Source of the DNA: Candidatus Hydrogenedentota bacterium
GTDB taxonomy: Bacteria > Hydrogenedentota > Hydrogenedentia > Hydrogenedentales > JAEUWI01
Length of the DNA stretch: 64,000 bases
Assembly: GCA_034669905.1 (NCBI GenBank)
Contig: JAXMOL010000025.1
Location: forward strand, 1-64,000
Reading direction: 5' to 3'
The notes under the pieces: model-generated
The model's database searches: none
What the model saw: only the letters and a program-made list of their open reading frames with translations
Told to the model about the DNA's origin: nothing
Position numbers and translations under genes: made by a program
In this document: in pieces, positions 60,063 to 64,000 of the stretch
Position numbering within the stretch: position 1 is the stretch's first letter
Layout: every line of letters begins with the position of its first letter

Positions 60063-60626
60063 TCAGCTGGCCTGATCGCCATCGGGCGTCCAGGCATTCT
60101 TGGCGAACACCGTGTCCACGGGCGTTTGGGCCACGTGATTGGTGTAATTCGACAGCACTTTGTAGGCAGTGCCCAAGACGACGTCCAGGACATTTTCCTT
60201 TGTATAGCCCGCCGCGAGAAAGGCTTCGATGTCGCCATCTTCCGGCCAGCCACGGCTCAGGTTCACCTTCTCCGCATAGACCCGGAGGGCTTCCAACTTG
60301 GGGTCGGCGATGGGCGTACCCTCGCGAAGGGCGGCAATGACATCTTCCGGAACCTTCGCCCCGTGCATGATCGTCGTGTGGGCGGCCATGCAATAGGTAC
60401 AGCCATTGAGCCGGTTGTTGGTCATGGCAATGATCTGACGTTCGGTTTCGCTGAGTTTCGTCTTTCCAAAAATCTCCGCCAGCGACTGATAGCCCTCCAG
60501 TAGCGCAGGCGATTCCGCCATGACGGCGTGGAGATTCGGAATAAAACCGTAGCTCTTCAGGCTCTTTTCCAACCGGGCCTTGCTTTCACCGGCGGTCTCA
60601 ATGGTGTGAATATTAAAGTCTGTCAT
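60063..60626 (-). CDS. Carboxymuconolactone decarboxylase / AhpD-like peroxidase-family protein
   Basis: GFIPNLHAVMAESP, NGCTYCMAAH (CxxC), KVLSNYTNH; GGAG RBS before ATG 60626. Confidence 0.88.
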   Translation of the reverse strand: MTDFNIHTIETAGESKARLEKSLKSYGFIPNLHAVMAESPALLEGYQSLAEIFGKTKLSETERQIIAMTNNRLNGCTYCMAAHTTIMHGAKVPEDVIAALREGTPIADPKLEALRVYAEKVNLSRGWPEDGDIEAFLAAGYTKENVLDVVLGTAYKVLSNYTNHVAQTPVDTVFAKNAWTPDGDQAS

Positions 60627-60645
60627 CGGCTTCGCTCCTCTTGTT

Positions 60646-60661
60646 TTGACCAAACGGTCTA
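60646..60661. promoter_or_regulatory. TetR (NemR-like) operator 1
   Basis: TTGACC-AAAC-GGTCTA just upstream of the AhpD-like gene. Confidence 0.7.
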
Positions 60662-60751
60662 AACAACGTCCAAAAAAAGAAGGACCCGGCGTCCTCGTGG
60701 GGTAACACTACCCGACGAGGCCCAACGCCCTACCCATTCATACTACCATAT

Positions 60752-60769
60752 TTTGACCAATTGGTCAAA
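60752..60769. promoter_or_regulatory. TetR (NemR-like) operator 2
   Basis: Perfect 18-bp palindrome TTTGACCAATTGGTCAAA. Confidence 0.8.
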
Positions 60770-60812
60770 GGTACCACAAAAAAAAGTATCGACCAACCCG
60801 GGAGATACCGCC

Positions 60813-61394
60813 TTACCCAATCAGACCTTTCGCCGATTCGGCCATCTGCTGCAACGGCCCTTCGCCCACCACCCCACGACCCAACACACGAATACCCACC
60901 AGAAAGGCCAAAAGGGCATTGGCCGTGGCGACCGGCTCCACCGTCTCGGGGATGTCCCCCCGGGTCTGCCCCCGCTCGATGAGCCGCTCAAAGAAATCCG
61001 TCAACTCCTTAAAGGCCGCCGTCACCACCTCCCGCGCCGCCTCCGTGTGCTGGGCATAGTCCAACGACGTATTCACCAACATGCAGCCCCGGCGATGGGG
61101 ATCGGACAGCGAAGTCTCCACAATCCGGTCAAAAAATCGATAGATCCCCTCCCGGGGATCATCCAGAGACTCCAACTGACGCAGCATCTTCCGACGCCGC
61201 TCGTTGTCATACTTCAACAAGGCCTGGAGAAAAAGGTCCTCCTTCCCATTGAACGCATTATAAAGACTGCCCCGTTTAATCCCCGTGGCCGCCGTAATAT
61301 CCGAAATCGACGTCGCCGCATAGCCCTTTTCCCAGAAAAGCGCCATCGTTTTCTCGATGACATCTGATTCTTCAAAGGTCTTTTCCCAGGGCAT
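60813..61394 (-). CDS. TetR/AcrR-family regulator (NemR/ComR-like)
   Basis: LFWEKGYAATSISDI..TGIKRGSLYNAF..KEDLF; GCMLVNT. Confidence 0.93.
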   Translation of the reverse strand: MPWEKTFEESDVIEKTMALFWEKGYAATSISDITAATGIKRGSLYNAFNGKEDLFLQALLKYDNERRRKMLRQLESLDDPREGIYRFFDRIVETSLSDPHRRGCMLVNTSLDYAQHTEAAREVVTAAFKELTDFFERLIERGQTRGDIPETVEPVATANALLAFLVGIRVLGRGVVGEGPLQQMAESAKGLIG

Positions 61395-61449
61395 GGCGCA
61401 CTTCCTCAATGACGTAACGTGGTTTCGCGATGCCCAATTGTACCGCAAC

Positions 61450-61465
61450 TTGACCTATTGGTCAA
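61450..61465. promoter_or_regulatory. TetR (NemR-like) operator 3, probably autoregulatory
   Basis: TTGACC-TATT-GGTCAA upstream of the TetR gene. Confidence 0.72.
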
Positions 61466-61625
61466 AACAAACTCCATAGGAACCAGCCCCAGGTTGAATT
61501 CTCACCTGTCAACGCACGCTATCCACGGTCAACCGTCCACTATCAACGCCGTTCCGTGCAACCAGCCCCCGCTCCGCACTATAATGGACCTTCGAAACCT
61601 TCGTCTTCTACCCTCGGGGATACCC

Positions 61626-62819
61626 ATGTTCAACGCCAATCGCATCCTCAGTTATTGCACCAACGTCCACGCGGGCAACGACTATGCCTCTACGCTGAAA
61701 AACCTCGAAACCTATGCCGTCGCGGTGAAGGCCCTGGTCTCGCCCCATGCGCCTATGGGCGTGGGCCTTTGGCTACCCGCCTCGACCGCCCGGGAAATCA
61801 TCGACAACGACCGCATTGCCGAGCTCCGTGATTGGTTGGATGCCCGCGGCCTGTGCGTGGTCACCATGAACGGCTTCCCCTATGGCGATTTTCATCAGAC
61901 CGTGGTGAAGCACGAGGTCTATAAGCCCACCTGGGCCGACGAAGAGCGGCTGGACTACACCATGCAGCTCGTCCGCATTCTGGGCGGACTCCTGCCGAAG
62001 GACGCCTCCGGCAGCATCTCCACCCTCCCCATCGGCTGGCCCACCGATTCCGACAACGACCGGGACAACGACCGGCTGCGGGCGGCCGGAGGCCAACAGC
62101 TCCTCAAGCTCGCCGACTTTCTCGCCCGGGAAGAAGCGGCCACGGGCCATTGCATCCACATCGACATCGAGCCCGAGCCGGGCTGTCTCATTGACACCAC
62201 GGGCGGCATGATCGACTTTTTCGAGGCGCACCTCTTCCCGGGGAACGACAAGGCCCACGTCGCGCGCTTCCTCCGGGTCTGCCATGATGTGTGCCACGCC
62301 GCCGTCATCGGGGAAGCGCAGCAGCCCGTGTTGAAGGCGTACCGCGATGCCGGGATACGCATTGGCAAGGTCCAGCTTTCCTCCGCCGTATCCGTGGATT
62401 TCGCTGCGCTGGCCGAGGAAGACCGTAGCGAGGCCCTCAGCCAATTGGGCCAATTCCAGGAACCCCGCTATCTGCACCAGACCATGGTCGATGACGAAGA
62501 GCAGGGCTATGGACTGCTCTATGAAGACCTGCCCGAAGCCCTGGAGGCCATGGCAAGCCAGCAGTTGGAGGGGCTGTCTCTATGCACCCACTTCCATGTG
62601 CCCCTCTTCCTTCGGGAGATCGGGCTCTTGACGGCCACGCAAGATGATGTGTTGGAATGCCTGGAGGGCATTGATTCGCTGACGGACTGCGAGCACATCG
62701 AGGTGGAAACCTACGCCTGGAACGTGTTGCCCCCGGAGTTGCAGGTCGAAAACCTGGCCGAGGGCATCGCCAAAGAAATGCAGTGGGTGCTGGACGCGAC
62801 GAGTGGTTCAAAAGCGTGA
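61626..62819 (+). CDS. eboE: EboE-family xylose-isomerase-like TIM barrel protein
   Basis: LSYCTNVH, TMNGFPYGDFH..VK..VY.P.W, GSISTLP, IEPEPGC, CHDVCH, KVQLSSA, EPRYLHQ, HFHVP, EVETYAW. Confidence 0.9.
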   Translation: MFNANRILSYCTNVHAGNDYASTLKNLETYAVAVKALVSPHAPMGVGLWLPASTAREIIDNDRIAELRDWLDARGLCVVTMNGFPYGDFHQTVVKHEVYKPTWADEERLDYTMQLVRILGGLLPKDASGSISTLPIGWPTDSDNDRDNDRLRAAGGQQLLKLADFLAREEAATGHCIHIDIEPEPGCLIDTTGGMIDFFEAHLFPGNDKAHVARFLRVCHDVCHAAVIGEAQQPVLKAYRDAGIRIGKVQLSSAVSVDFAALAEEDRSEALSQLGQFQEPRYLHQTMVDDEEQGYGLLYEDLPEALEAMASQQLEGLSLCTHFHVPLFLREIGLLTATQDDVLECLEGIDSLTDCEHIEVETYAWNVLPPELQVENLAEGIAKEMQWVLDATSGSKA

Positions 62820-62919
62820 CCGCACCGCTTTCGTAAGCCAGACGAGTCCCCCACCTGGTGGTGTGAATTAGAATTGCGGACATTTAAGTTCTCTGGAACC
62901 GGTGAGAAGATTGGTATTG

Positions 62920-63090
62920 AATTCCCCTCCTGGGAGGGTCGCAGATGCGCCGTGGCCGATTAGGGGTGGGTTGAGTCTACTTTCGGGCATGGACCCACCC
63001 CCGGCCCCTCCAAGGAGGGGAGTAATCCTCAGTAAATTGGTTAATTCAGGCTGCCGTAATAATGGCCCATCTGCTTGAATCAAACCACTA
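62920..63090. repeat. CCCCTCC/GGAGGGG REP-like pair plus inverted copy of the 1343-1430 element
   Basis: attcccctcctgggaggg..ggggtgggt..acccacccccggcccctccaaggaggggagt, between eboE and eboC. Confidence 0.7.
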
Positions 63091-63115
63091 GCAACCATTC
63101 GGAACGCGTTAGATC

Positions 63116-63997
63116 ATGCACCCTAAAATGACGGCCTACCTGCAACTGGCCCGCCTTTCCAATATTCCCACGGTCTTCTCCAATGTCCTCGTGGGCTTTA
63201 CCATCGCCGAATGGTTCGGACCCTACCCCTGGTCGGGCCTCCTGCTGCCCCTCTTCGTGGCCTCCACACTCTACGTGGGCGGCATGGCGCTGAACGACCT
63301 CCTCGACCGTCACATCGATGCGAAGGAGCGGCCCCAGCGTCCCATCCCCTCGGGCAGGCTTTCGGTGCGGGAAGTCTCGATCTTCACCGCGCTGTGCTTC
63401 GTGGTCCCCGTGGCCGTGACCGCCTTCCTGATGCCCGGTGCCACAGTTTATGCGATTGCCCTGGCGCTGGCCATCATCTTATACGACGTGCTGCACAAGC
63501 GGTGGAGTGCCTCGCTTATCTTCATGGGACTTTGTCGCGCGTTGGTCTACGCGTTGGCGGCGAGTATGTACACCGGCGCAGAGAAGGCCCCCATGTACAT
63601 GCAACCCGTTCTCCTTCTCGGCGCAATCCTCGCCCTCTACATCATCGGCCTGACGGTTATCGCTCAAAAAGAAGTCCAGGGGGGCCTCGGCTTCCGCCGT
63701 TGGCTTGCCGTAGGCATGATTGGCCTTCCCTTTTTGATTTTGTTGAGCTACGAGACGCAACACCCAATTTGGACCCTAGCGACCGGCATCACCCTCTCTC
63801 TTTGGCTCGCCCGTTCCGCGCGATTCATTCGTATGGAGCCGCCGAAAGTGGTCCCGGCCGTACTCGGATGGCTCGCGGGCATTTCGCTTATTGACGCCTT
63901 TTTCCTCACCTTTACCCACCGACCTGAACTGTCCCTCGTGGCCTTCGGCTGTTTTGCCGTTACGGTCTGGGGCCACCGAAAGATTGCTGGCACATGA
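63116..63997 (+). CDS. eboC: UbiA-family prenyltransferase (EboC type)
   Basis: LQLARLSNIPTVFSNVL, GMALNDLLD..ID.KERP.RPIPSG, ILYD..HK, MGLCR. The stop overlaps an ATG at 63994, where the next gene is cut by the window edge. Confidence 0.87.
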   Translation: MHPKMTAYLQLARLSNIPTVFSNVLVGFTIAEWFGPYPWSGLLLPLFVASTLYVGGMALNDLLDRHIDAKERPQRPIPSGRLSVREVSIFTALCFVVPVAVTAFLMPGATVYAIALALAIILYDVLHKRWSASLIFMGLCRALVYALAASMYTGAEKAPMYMQPVLLLGAILALYIIGLTVIAQKEVQGGLGFRRWLAVGMIGLPFLILLSYETQHPIWTLATGITLSLWLARSARFIRMEPPKVVPAVLGWLAGISLIDAFFLTFTHRPELSLVAFGCFAVTVWGHRKIAGT

Positions 63998-64000
63998 GTA

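Noticed and set aside
40761..61626. Single integrative element or prophage between the ebo blocks
   Set aside because: No integrase, transposase, phage gene, tRNA or flanking att repeat recognised; looks like piecemeal accretion.
62052..62075. 12-bp tandem duplication GACAACGACCGG x2 in eboE
   Set aside because: In frame, two copies only, probably a neutral loop insertion.

Overview
GC-rich bacterial DNA. A DUF1559/H-X9-DG prepilin-like gene, a secreted protein with a (GE)n linker and EF-hand-like motifs, and many Asp-box and Gfo/Idh/MocA genes suggest Ca. Hydrogenedentes or a PVC-like organism (inference). Contents in order: (1) secreted glycan-active genes (BNR propeller, GH95); (2) an exported protein split by two homopolymer frameshifts; (3) an orphan TerB_N/TerB/TerB_C (Shango SngA-like) gene followed by a diverged stub of its own 3' end; (4) a yqiJ-like / flotillin / 1721-aa AAA+ ATPase operon; (5) a ~14 kb minus-strand catabolic cluster: class III aminotransferase, DeoR, FGGY kinase, AraA-like isomerase, SSS transporter, amidohydrolase, three tandem Tat-exported GH109-like proteins and one more Gfo/Idh/MocA gene, possibly an undescribed amino-sugar pathway; (6) an ebo cluster in two pieces (eboD-orf-eboB at 38-41 kb, eboE-eboC at 61.6-64 kb); (7) a CLCA-like HEXXH/vWA surface protein; (8) LysR- and NemR-like TetR redox modules, the latter with three visible operators. 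Intergenic regions hold several families of short periodic (7-, 9-, 10-nt) and REP-like repeats, and five genes have their stop codon inside such a repeat. No tRNA, rRNA, CRISPR array, transposase or integrase was recognised. All family calls come from motif recognition by eye; no searches were run.
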